Below are positions 26,001 to 34,742 of a DNA stretch of 64,000 nucleotides, in pieces. The notes below the pieces were generated by a model. It ran no database searches, was not told the DNA's origin, and worked only from the letters and a program-made list of their open reading frames with translations. This DNA comes from Malacoraja senta. Lineage: Eukaryota. The stretch's first letter is position 1. Every line of letters begins with the position of its first letter. Both the position numbers and the translations under genes were made by a program. Location: contig JAXLNO010002227.1 in the NCBI GenBank assembly GCA_038087875.1, positions 1 to 64,000 on the forward strand, given 5' to 3'.

Positions 26001-29000
26001 GGGAGAGGTTAAAGATCAATAAGGTCATGTACGCATCGAACCAAAGAAATGGGTGAGGTGTTCAATGAATATTTGCTGTTTGGCTTCACAATGTAGAAAG
26101 ACATAGAATCAGAATCACACTTTATTCGCCAAGTATGTTTTGCAACATACGAGGAATTTCATTGGCCAGGTCAGTCATACACTTAAAAGCAACAGATCAC
26201 TCAAAAACACATTTTAACATGAACATCCACCACAGTGACTCCTACACATTCCTAATTGGCGAAATACAAGTCCCTTCCCTTAGTTCTTCCTCGGTCTTGG
26301 GCCTCGAGCCCCCGTTGACGGGACGATCTTGACTCCCGTAGCCGGCGGCGTTCGGGCCCTCTGCGTCGAGGCGATCAGCTCCTGCATTGGGGGGGGTGTC
26401 AGCTCCCCCGCGCTGGGCGATCGAACTTCGCGTCGGGGTTGGTCGAACCTTCTGTGACGTTGGAGCTCCCGACCAGCCTCTCCCGACTGCAAGCTCTTGA
26501 TGGTAAAGTCTGCGGTGGGAGCGATCCCAGGCAAGGGATCAGCTCCGATGTTAAGTCCGCGCCCTGCGGTGGGGCTCACAGTCCGAGGAGGCTTCCAGCT
26601 CCAGCGATGGAAGGCCACAGAACACGCCGGAGAATGTGATCTGAAAATTAATCACATCTCGGGCAAGGTAGGAACTTGAAAAAAAAAATCACCCGATCCC
26701 CTCCCCCCTCCCCCACATAAAACAAACCGAAGAACATTCAAACAAACTTTAAACACTAAAAAATAACAAAAAGAATGGAAAAACGAACAGACTGCCGGCA
26801 GGGCAGCCATCGCCCTGGCGCCCCTGGTGGAAAGATGCTAGAGAGGTTAGTAATGATCTCTTCGAGAGATCTGCATTACAGAAGAGAAGGTGCCTGTGGT
26901 GTTAATACATACAAAAGAAGAAAAATCCCCGGGACCAGACCAAGTGTATCCTAGGACATGGTGGGAAGCAATTGGTAGCCACTGGCAGAAATATTTATAT
27001 CATTTGTATGGAGAGAGTTTTCAGTTATCGCTTGCTTCTGGGCTAGTCCCACATGGTTAGCTCACTTTCTATTCCTGTTGACTCCACAGAAATAAAAGTA
27101 AAGCCCATACAATAATAGGCAGGCAGACAATCAATGATGCCATCTGACCCGCCAAGGCCCATGTTCAACAAAGTCGTGGCTGCAGAAAGGAAAGAAGAAC
27201 AAGAAGTTTAGTTTAATGCAGGGAAAACCTACAGGGAGAATACTCAAAAGTATTCATTTTGAGGGTATGAGAATTGGAATTGCACTGACCAGAAAGAACG
27301 TATTTATAGTATGGCCTTGGTTCATGTTTTCTGGGCAGTGCTTCGAATACAATAAAACTTTGTTAATACAGCACAGTTGGAACTTGGTGCTAGATTGAGA
27401 TTTTTCTTTTGGATATCACTCTCATTATTACCTCAAAACACTTCACTTGTTTTGGATGTCACATAGTGGCATAATTTTTCCAGTGAACCCTGTGAGTTTT
27501 AAAAGGGAATTGGGAATCTGAAAGTAAAGAGAGCATGGGAGTCTGGGCCTGGTGAGCAATGATGTTGGTGAATCCAGGAATTAGATGGCAGGTTATCAGA
27601 GTTGCACTTCAATAGAATTTTTAATTCAATCTCCACTTTTCCCCTTGTGGTGAAGGTGCTTTTCCTTTCTGTAGTACGTCTCCTCGATTGCTAGCAGTTC
27701 TCTTATTACATTAACTTATTACACACTGGCATGTGGTTTAGCTGGTAGGTGGCTGGTAGTTTGTTCAACCATGGAGGACATCCAATCTAAGTCGAGTCTA
27801 GTTTTCATCCCACATGCACACTCAAGGCCAAGTTCACCAAATGACAATTAGTGGATGTATCTCTGAGCTATTTTGAAAGTTCTACTTCATTGCCCTCGAG
27901 GACCTCTCCATGTTTGTGGTGCTTCAGCCTTTGCCCTGGGTGAGATCAACTAATTATTTTAAGGTTCAAGGTTTGCGTCAGTAACACTATTCTGTCGGGG
28001 GACCTTACGGGATTTCTAATCCTGGCAGTGATTAAATAATTTAATCTCCGAGTCCAATTTTGTCCGAAGAGTAAAAGATGCCCAATTGTATTTACAAGGT
28101 AATAATCTAATTGCAAGACCTGTAATCTGATCTTTGGGTTTCAGATAATACAAAGATCCAGCATAACATTAAATAATTCATAGCCCTCTGAAATCTAAAG
28201 ACAAGAGAATCATTCTGCACTATCTATTTCATAATAAATTATATGTACTGTAGCTGTATGTCTGATTTCTGCACTACTTTTCAGCCAACATTAACCATTA
28301 AAGTTAATAACCCAGTCTTTGGCCCATGAAATAGAAACACTGCTGCATAAAAGGTCAATTTTATCTGGAATTTGATCCTGAGACCTTGTATCTCTGTGCC
28401 ATCAGTGGGCTTCCTGTTTCCAACTCTTTACGTTACTCGAGTAGCAGTCCATCTGCTACTGAAACGCTCATACAAATTAACTTTTCCTATGTCATCAGGA
28501 CAGCATTTCCCTCGACTCTTTTTAAACTGGGCTGCTCAAAGCTCTGGTGCCCATCTTTTAGCTTGCCGCTAGTTCTAATTACCCATCACCCTCAACCTTT
28601 TGACTTAAACTGATTCCTAACCCTAAGCAACAATCCTGAATTTAAGATGTGCTTAAGTGTGATTCCAGTATTTGAACATTTAATGTGTTCGTCTGCTTCC
28701 AATTCTCTTCAGGTTTATTCTTCACTTTATCTGGAGCATTAACTGATTGTTTTAAATGGGTTACACGGTCATTAAAATGAAAAATGCATTAACCACCATG
28801 CATGGATTGTGCAGTGAAATTCTAGTTCTGAGTGACTTTGCCTTACCTTGATACCAATCATTTTGTAGAGAGATGGCTGAGATTCATATGTCAAGCACAT
28901 GTATTGCTGATGTTTTTTTTATAATATTTATTATCTCCCAGTGCAGTATAATCAGCATGCCTTTCTTTCTTACAAATCAGGGACATTGTAACAGTTTTGA

Positions 29001-32000
29001 AGGAGGACAGGGTAAAGCTGAAAGTGTTGCAGAGAAACCAACCCAAATTCACAGAGAAACAAAGAAAAGAAATTGCTGAGGTCTTTAAAACGGGTGCAGC
29101 ACAAAAAACCATTGGCATCATGGTAAGTCCATTTTTAACTTCCTGAACTTGGCAGGAGAAATGAATTATATTTTCATGATAAAATCTGCACCCATTTTTA
29201 TCACATGCATTCCATATTACCTGATAAAGCTGCTGCTTGTATGGCTCAACAATATATTGCAAATCCTATTTCTTGAACATCATTGACTGCACCATGGGAA
29301 TTTTTAATAGCTCTGCTACAAACCAGCCTTTGTCTGCCCTGTGTTGGACTGCCAACAATGGGGTTAAATTAAAGGCCATGTTTTGCAATTGAGTATTGTT
29401 GTTTCCAAACTTATTTTATGTTTAAGATAGACATAAAATGCTGGAGTAACTCCGTGGGACTGGCAGCATCTGTGGAGAGAAGGAAAGGGGGACGTTTTGG
29501 GTCGAGACCCTTCTTCAGAACCCCCTTTTTAGCTTTCTCAACTGTATGAACTCTGTTTGACAATTTGAGTTGTGATCTAATCGCTCAATTTATATTATTG
29601 TCCCAAGTTTTAATATTATCCAAGTTTTAATATAATACTTCATTTGCACTCAGACGTGGATTAAATTTCAGAAATGAAAAGCTTCTTAAGCAGGTGGTTC
29701 TACAGTTTTTATAGGAGCACATACTCTGAAACTGAGGCAATTTCCCATAATAATAATGGCAGGATTTAATGTATATCCCCTACCTCCTTCCAAATAAATT
29801 CCAAATGAAGTAAAATGCATCAATCGTAGAAACTAATTATTTGAGTGATATAAAGCATGAAAAATGTTTTATATATTTGAACATTTCCAAACTTTTGGAA
29901 AAGTGGTGCAGTGTGAATGAATGCTGGAAATCTGAGCAAAAAGAGAAATTTGTGGAAACTCAACTTAAGAGTTTAGTTTAGAGATGCACCGTGGAAACAG
30001 GCCCTTTGTCCCACCGAGTCCGTGCCGACCAATGATCACCCATACACTAGATCTATCCTACACACATAGGGACAATTTTGGAGAAGCCAATTAACCTACA
30101 AACCAGCACGTCCTTGGAATGTGCAAAAAAAAATCACACGGTCGCAGGTAGAACTTACAAACTTCTTACAGATAGCACCCGATGTCGGGATCGAACCTGA
30201 GTCCCTGGCGCTGTAAGGCAGCAGTTCTGCCGTTGCGCCATTGTGCTGCCCCTTGTGGAGAAAGAAATTAGTGCTTTATGTTTCAGGTCAATGTTGTTTT
30301 ATCAAGAATTTAGGTCTTGATGCTCCACAAACACAGATCGATTGTGCGTAGTCTCTCCTCTCTGCCTTAAGCTTCACACCTCTCCCCTTCTGCACTTTAA
30401 GGTCTAATAGCTCTCTTCTTAAAAGTTGTGATGAATGATTCATAGCCTAAAATATTAGTTCTAGATGCTGCCTAAATCGCGTTGCACCAACATTTTAATT
30501 TACTCCCACACATTTGTAAAACACACAAATTGTCTTGTTCCACACAAATTGTAGAACACTCACAAATACGAAGATAGACACAAAATGCTGGAGTAACTCA
30601 GCGGGTTAGGCAGCATCTCTGGAGAGAAGGAATGGGTGACATTACGGGTTGAGACCCTCCTTACAAACACGACATTTGTGTTTGGGTCTGCTTATGTGAC
30701 ACCCATGAAGCAGTAAAAATCGCCCACAGTATGAATATTTCAACTGAAGTGTCTGAACATAAATTTGAACCAAACCAGCGTGCAACATTTACCATTGTGA
30801 TGGGGGGGGGGGGGGGGGTTCATCCATAAAGAAAATACAACAAGCCTGCTCTGCAAGAGCAATAAAACTGACAGCACTCTGATCTGTTTTGTATTTAAAT
30901 ATCCTCAAGCTGTTATTTTAAGAATCCGAGACTTTGCAGTGCTCTTTGTGAATCACCCATTAAAAGCAAGTTGGGATCAATTCCCAACTTCTTGTTTGAA
31001 ATGCCATAAAATTTAAAGTGTGCAGAATTTATTATAGCATTCTATATTTATTATATAATTTATTATAGCATATAGGTATGCAAGTAAAACTAAACACCTT
31101 TTTATACCAAGACAAATTTGACCTGTCCCCTTGTGACACATCACTGAAGAAAACTAAATGGTAATAATAAATGTGGACTAGGAATTTTGTCATGAGTGGA
31201 CTGGGCTCTCAATTTAATGTAATTGTTTATTAACAAAATAAAAATTCGAAAAATTGGAAAACTTGTATGAAACTGGAAAATTACTTTCATTTCAACAATT
31301 ACAAATAAAATATAAACTCGGAAATAATCAATATTTTAAATATTTTCAAATATGCGACTATTTGAAAAAAATACAAAAGATAATAACCCAGTAGATGTAT
31401 TGGACGAGGCAATGCAGATAAAAGCGGAATCAGCAAACTTAATATCATATTTGTATAATATTATCTTAAATGTACAAATACCACCTACGGAGGGTATCAG
31501 AAGAGACTGGGAACAAGAGTTAGCTATTAAAATTTCAAAGGAAAGTTGGAATGAATACATATTAAACGTGCATAAATGCTCGATTAATGTAAGACACACT
31601 TTAATACAATTTAAAATTTTACATAGATTATATTATTCAAAAACTAAAATTCATAAAATTTTCCCAAATGTATCATCTATTTGTGATAAATGTCAATCCC
31701 AAGAAGCTACTATAGCACACTCATTCGTTTTCTGTACAAAAATTCAAAAATTTTGGAATGAAATTTTTGAAATCTTTACAAAGTTATTTAAAACAAGACT
31801 GATACCCAAAGCAGAATGGATTATCTTCGGTATAACGGAAGATGGTCCAGAACTAAATGTGTTTCAAAAGAAACTAATGGACTATGGGTTAATAATTGGA
31901 AAAAAGCTAATTCTAAAATTTTGGAAGAAGGCTCCAATACCAACTATAAATATGTGGATTTCAAATATGTTTGAAACATTACACCTAGAAGAGATAAGAC

Positions 32001-33467
32001 TCCTCCTAGCAGGTAAACCAGATCACTTCCACCTGACGTGGTCTGCATTTATAGAATTATCAGGTAAGGGGGGATGATAGTTGAAGAGTTGGTATGTCCC
32101 ATTTACGTAATGCTCATAAAAATATCTGTTTCTCTCTTTTTCCTCTTTCTCTCTCTCTCTTTCTTTCCTAGGGTCTATTTCTTAACTCTTTTTCTTTTGT
32201 TTTTAATTTTGCTCTTATAGGGTCTTCGTCCTTTTTTGTTGTCACATTTCCTACACTTTCACTTTTTCCTTCACTTTCTTCTTTCTTTCAATCTTTTCCT
32301 TTTCTACTGTAAAAAATAAATGGAGTACATTAATTGTAAGAAGATATAAATGATGAGTACTAATGTATGTGGTTGTAATGTAATGTACTTCTAATAAATA
32401 AAAATTAAAAAAAAATAATAATAATTGGAAAATGCATTTAGTGCACATATATATAATTGGGGAGTAGGGAGATGATCAAATAAAGCTGTGATAACTTCCA
32501 ATAAGCATTGGACTTTACAAAGCAACCATTATAATTGTCTGAAGAAGGGTCTTGACCCTTAACGTCACCCATTCCTTCTCTCCAGAGATGCTGCCTGACC
32601 TGCGGAGTTACTCCAGCATTTTGTGTCTACCTTAGATTTAAACCAGCATCTGCAGTTCTCTCCTACACATAATTGTCTGCCTGTTGAATCTTTTCATTCA
32701 CAGCTTTCCTGCAGCATTTAGTTCAGTATTGTACAATTGGTAAAATAAATAGCCGCCGGGTCTGCAACTTTTTGGCAGACAAGAAAATTAATTATTAAGG
32801 TTAGACTCCGGTCAGCATCCTGGATAAGCGATGTTTCGGGTCGGATCGGGACTCTTTTTCAGACTGAAATGTCACCTATCCACGTTCTCTAGGGGCGCTG
32901 CCTGACCCACTGAGTAACTCCAGTATGTTCTGTCATTCCTTGGTAAACCAGCAGCTGCAGTTCTTTGTTTCCACAAATCAAATGTTAACATGGACAATTG
33001 GCTTTCATGTTTTAACTGAATATAGACTTAGAATCAGCATGTTTTATTGTGATTCCTTTTGAGGCTAATGTTGGCTATAATTAAAAAAAATGACAACTAA
33101 TTTTGGGATTGTTCCTTATGACTCATAAAAATTAGAATGGTAAGAATAAAATGGAAATAATATATGACACTGCTTGTACTCTTAATGATTTTGTTTTTAT
33201 GGAAGGTGTGGAATTTGTCGTGTATATATTTGATTGTAATTCTTCTTAATTTAGGATAGAATCTTCTCTGAGAAAAATGCATCACAGAACATTTTGTCAG
33301 CATTGGATATGGAAATCCATAATCTGGAGTTTAGTGGACTGAATGAGCCAGGACACGATGTTGGCTTTCAGGCCACGAACATTGCAAATGAAGGGCAAAA
33401 CCCTTCAGAAAATGCAGACCCCAACCTGGCAGTAGAAACAAACACATTTGGAAACTCTGCAAGTTGA
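5375..33467 (+). CDS. PER2: Period circadian protein homolog 2, multi-exon gene span (21 coding exons in window, equivalent to mammalian exons 3-23; 5'-partial)
   Basis: Manually spliced exons total 3472 nt (1+3471), with all intron phases compatible, all GT-AG and no internal stop. PER motifs include [101 protein letters not shown] and MMTYQLP. PER2-type CK1BD-B/NLS and adjacency to HES6 support PER2. Confidence 0.93.
6567..6700. repeat. Penelope-related palindromic repeat arm with intact minimal hammerhead core (6665-6692, - strand)
   Basis: rc: CTGAAGA-A-GGGTCTCGACCC-GAAA-CGTC. Confidence 0.6.
7126..7325. mobile_element. PIF/Harbinger-like MITE
   Basis: TIRs AGGGCCTGTCC…GGACAGGCCCT flanked by TTA target-site duplication (7123-7125, 7326-7328). 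Confidence 0.8.
7664..7818 (+). CDS. PER2: PER2 exon ([16 protein letters not shown]...[13 protein letters not shown])
   Basis: gcag| ... |gtaggc; conserved PER N-terminal helix. Confidence 0.93.
7991..8023. repeat. (GA)n microsatellite
   Basis: Direct reading. Confidence 0.95.
8479..8600 (+). CDS. PER2: PER2 exon ([11 protein letters not shown]...SEYTSKNA)
   Basis: gcag| ... |gtaagt; ANEEYY motif. Confidence 0.93.
8810..9200 (-). mobile_element. Ancient Deu-domain SINE (SacSINE1-like) relic
   Basis: Degenerate L2-type tail and Deu-like segment; similar relics at ~17485-17960 and ~19620-19830. Confidence 0.45.
9360..9560. repeat. Palindromic (inverted-arm) Penelope-related repeat
   Basis: …GCTGGAGTAACTCAGCGGG…/…CCCGCTGAGTTACTCCAGC… arms; the family also occurs at ~21087, 29428, 30575, 32538, 40175, 43977, 45145, 45313, 47595, 48052, 48545, 49640, 59970, 60720, 61387. 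Confidence 0.8.
9704..9905 (+). CDS. PER2: PER2 exon, PAS-A ([21 protein letters not shown]...[10 protein letters not shown])
   Basis: acag| ... |gtgagt; PAS-A homology. Confidence 0.94.
11344..11890 (-). mobile_element. CR1 LINE 3' fragment
   Basis: ORF 11552..11905: [28 protein letters not shown]…[10 protein letters not shown] plus CR1 3'UTR. Confidence 0.9.
12388..12442. repeat. 28-bp tandem duplication
   Basis: GCCTCAGCAGTCGAAGATGTGGTTTCT twice. Confidence 0.9.
12721..12772 (+). CDS. PER2: PER2 exon ([18 protein letters not shown])
   Basis: ttcag| ... |gtgagt; EKSFFCRI motif. Confidence 0.93.
14350..14492 (+). CDS. PER2: PER2 exon ([20 protein letters not shown]...[15 protein letters not shown])
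   Basis: acag| ... |gtgaga; AERVHSGYE motif. Confidence 0.94.
14768..14957. repeat. Palindromic Penelope-related repeat (long hairpin)
   Basis: ~65-bp inverted arms. Confidence 0.8.
15221..15299 (+). CDS. PER2: PER2 exon, PAS-B start ([27 protein letters not shown])
   Basis: atcag| ... |gtatgt. Confidence 0.94.
15643..15749 (+). CDS. PER2: PER2 exon, PAS-B ([14 protein letters not shown]...PLMLSIHKK)
   Basis: acag| ... |gtaagt. Confidence 0.95.
15924..16077 (+). CDS. PER2: PER2 exon, PAS-B/PAC ([13 protein letters not shown]...[19 protein letters not shown])
   Basis: ttcag| ... |gtaagt; dimer-interface Trp (NPWSRK) intact. Confidence 0.95.
16584..16692 (+). CDS. PER2: PER2 exon (GPLNEDVF...[11 protein letters not shown])
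   Basis: gtag| ... |gtaaaa. Confidence 0.94.
16796..16927 (+). CDS. PER2: PER2 exon with beta-TrCP phosphodegron ([13 protein letters not shown]...HKP)
   Basis: ttag| ... |gtaagt; SSGYGS at 16814-16831. Confidence 0.93.
17750..17804. repeat. 25-bp inverted repeat with 5-nt loop
   Basis: CCTTTCCATGGGCATTTAAATTGAG-ATGGG-CTCAATTTAAATGCCCATGGGAAGG. Confidence 0.95.
18175..18277 (+). CDS. PER2: PER2 exon ([21 protein letters not shown]...RHRT), divergent
   Basis: Strong polypyrimidine tract + cag|, |gtaata; phase 0/1 bridges the neighbouring exons; weak similarity to the PER 'TFQQICKDVH..GQQ.F' exon. Confidence 0.8.
18773..18938 (+). CDS. PER2: PER2 exon, CK1-binding domain A (…[15 protein letters not shown])
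   Basis: ttgcag| ... |gtgagt; phase 1/2. Confidence 0.9.
19138..19392 (+). mobile_element. HE1-like SINE (5'-truncated)
   Basis: Family consensus body and tail. Confidence 0.8.
20026..20132 (+). CDS. PER2: PER2 exon ([27 protein letters not shown]...)
   Basis: gcag| ... |gtattt; TKRKC motif. Confidence 0.92.
20614..20772 (+). CDS. PER2: PER2 exon with FASP region (…[29 protein letters not shown])
   Basis: gtag| ... |gtactg; [15 protein letters not shown] motif. Confidence 0.93.
21846..22112 (+). CDS. PER2: PER2 exon, CK1-binding domain B ([27 protein letters not shown])
   Basis: acag| ... |gtaaga; ORF 21839..22237. Confidence 0.95.
22555..23249 (+). CDS. PER2: PER2 large exon: NLS, proline-rich region, SPLQLNLL
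   Basis: gtag| ... |gtaagt; ORF 22398..23318. Confidence 0.93.
24293..24467 (+). CDS. PER2: PER2 exon ([25 protein letters not shown]...SG-rich)
   Basis: aaag| ... |gtaact; LKLLL = LxxLL. Confidence 0.92.
25818..25917 (+). CDS. PER2: PER2 exon, shortened CRY-binding-domain exon ([34 protein letters not shown])
   Basis: ttag| ... |gtaagt; SKYFGS and MMTYQLP anchors; 100 nt, phase 1/2. Confidence 0.92.
26105..26830 (-). mobile_element. Non-autonomous GC-rich element with (GATTCT)n tail, inserted in a CR1 ORF2 relic (~26040-27000)
   Basis: Shares its 5' head motif with the 2611-3465 element; flanks encode EMGEVFNEY… and [12 protein letters not shown]. Confidence 0.65.
28981..29122 (+). CDS. 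PER2: PER2 exon ([47 protein letters not shown])
   Basis: atcag| ... |gtaagt; VLKEDR.KL and QP.FTE.Q..E motifs; phase 2/0. Confidence 0.93.
29969..30253 (-). mobile_element. HE1-like SINE
   Basis: Family consensus. Confidence 0.8.
31262..32422 (+). mobile_element. 5'-truncated L1/Tx1-clade LINE (ORF2 C-terminus with Cys-rich zf-RVT region, 3'UTR, A-rich tail)
   Basis: ORF 31352..32077 ([11 protein letters not shown]…CDKC…HSFVFC…FW); AATAAA + A-tail; candidate TSD AATTGGAAAA at 31252-31261 and 32423-32432. Confidence 0.88.
33255..33467 (+). CDS. PER2: PER2 terminal coding exon ([31 protein letters not shown]...GNSAS*)
   Basis: ttag| acceptor, phase 0, 70 open codons to TGA, followed by an AT-rich UTR-like sequence; positional similarity to the PER2 tail (ECVYCEN...). 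Confidence 0.8.
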   Translation, partial: DRIFSEKNASQNILSALDMEIHNLEFSGLNEPGHDVGFQATNIANEGQNPSENADPNLAVETNTFGNSAS

Positions 33468-34573
33468 GGTCTTTATCATGTACAAACGGACACATGCTTT
33501 CTTGGTATGAATGCACAGAGCTCTTTGGGAGTTGATGAAAATTTCATCTCACCTTAAGTCGAAGAAATTACAGTTTGAAGATTTTTTGGAAAAAAACCGT
33601 TGTTATTTAATAGCATAAATTGTGTTGCGTCAGGTTGAACTACTTATGACTATCTACAGTTCTTTTAATGTACATGTTCATGGAATCCAGTATTATTATA
33701 TCTGATATTCTTGGAATCTTTCAAAGTATCAATGTCTGTTGTAAATGAATCGGCATTTTTCAATAATCTAGCCATAAAATTAATTTTATAGTCACTTGAT
33801 GCTTGTTCATTTCAGCTTCTAGATAAATATCCATGTGGAGGTTTGTAATCCAATTTACAAAGTTTCCACTGCCAGTATAGTTTTGTTGTCACATTCATTA
33901 GGACAGACAATTTAACAGAATGTTCCACTGTGTGGAGATGTACACAAGAGATTTTTTTTTTTAATAGGTTATAATAATAATTATAAGTTCAAACAAAATG
34001 CATGCAGATTGCTGGACCTAGCATTTCAGCTATTCACTCTAACTCATTCTAAATTGTGGACACCAATTTGAATATGTACTAAGATTGGAACTTTAACATT
34101 TTTGGTGTATTCCAATCAGATCCAAAGTCCAGAAATGTAAACACTGATGAATGGAAGCTAATCTTTGTGATTTTGGATGAAAGCAATAAACAGAGAGCAT
34201 TAGAAATATAAAAATAAACCAACAAAGCTGTTTAGAGATCATTTGTCCCGATTTTAGAGTTATCATAAGGTCCAGTTCATTAAATCCTCTACATTAAAGC
34301 TATTTTTTAATGAAAGGCAGTGATGCAATTGCTGGGTGTCAAAGGCAAAGTAACAGATCTTGATTATGCACAGTGTCTCTTGACAAAACATACAATGTTC
34401 TCAACTTCTCAGTATGTCTTTTTTTAAAGTTGTTTCTCACAAACCGCCCTATTTGTCAGTTCTGTGGCTCCTCTGTTTTTGTAATTGTTAAGACTGTAGA
34501 AAATGCAATTTCGTTCAAACCAAGCTGTTTGAATGACGATAAAAGGCATTCTATTCATAAAGTGTAAATTACA

Positions 34574-34579
34574 AATAAA
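34574..34579 (+). terminator. Candidate PER2 polyadenylation signal (AATAAA; alternatives 34185, 34213, 38478)
   Basis: AATAAA preceded by several TGTA elements about 1.1 kb after the stop codon. Confidence 0.4.
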
Positions 34580-34742
34580 ACACAAAGTACTTGTGCTATA
34601 ATGCCAGGATAAGCGCTCAACTAAGAAAACCAAGCCCATAACCAAAGTATTATCTAACTAAATACACCAACTTACAGTAAATGACTCCATATGCAAAAAA
34701 ACCCAGCTACCTACATATTAATTATTTCTCTTTAAAAAAAAA

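Noticed and set aside
29654-29677. Alternative terminal exon (TWIKFQK*) after a cag acceptor
   Set aside because: Seven codons with no similarity; the 33255 exon aligns with the PER2 tail
5375-33467. PER gene as a pseudogene
   Set aside because: No frameshift, stop codon or broken splice site across 21 exons; all deletions are multiples of three
5375-33467. Identity as PER1 or PER3
   Set aside because: Some PER1-like residues (SEQDNP, TTKRKC) are probably ancestral; [13 protein letters not shown], the KKxGKNRK NLS, SSGYGS and HES6 adjacency indicate PER2
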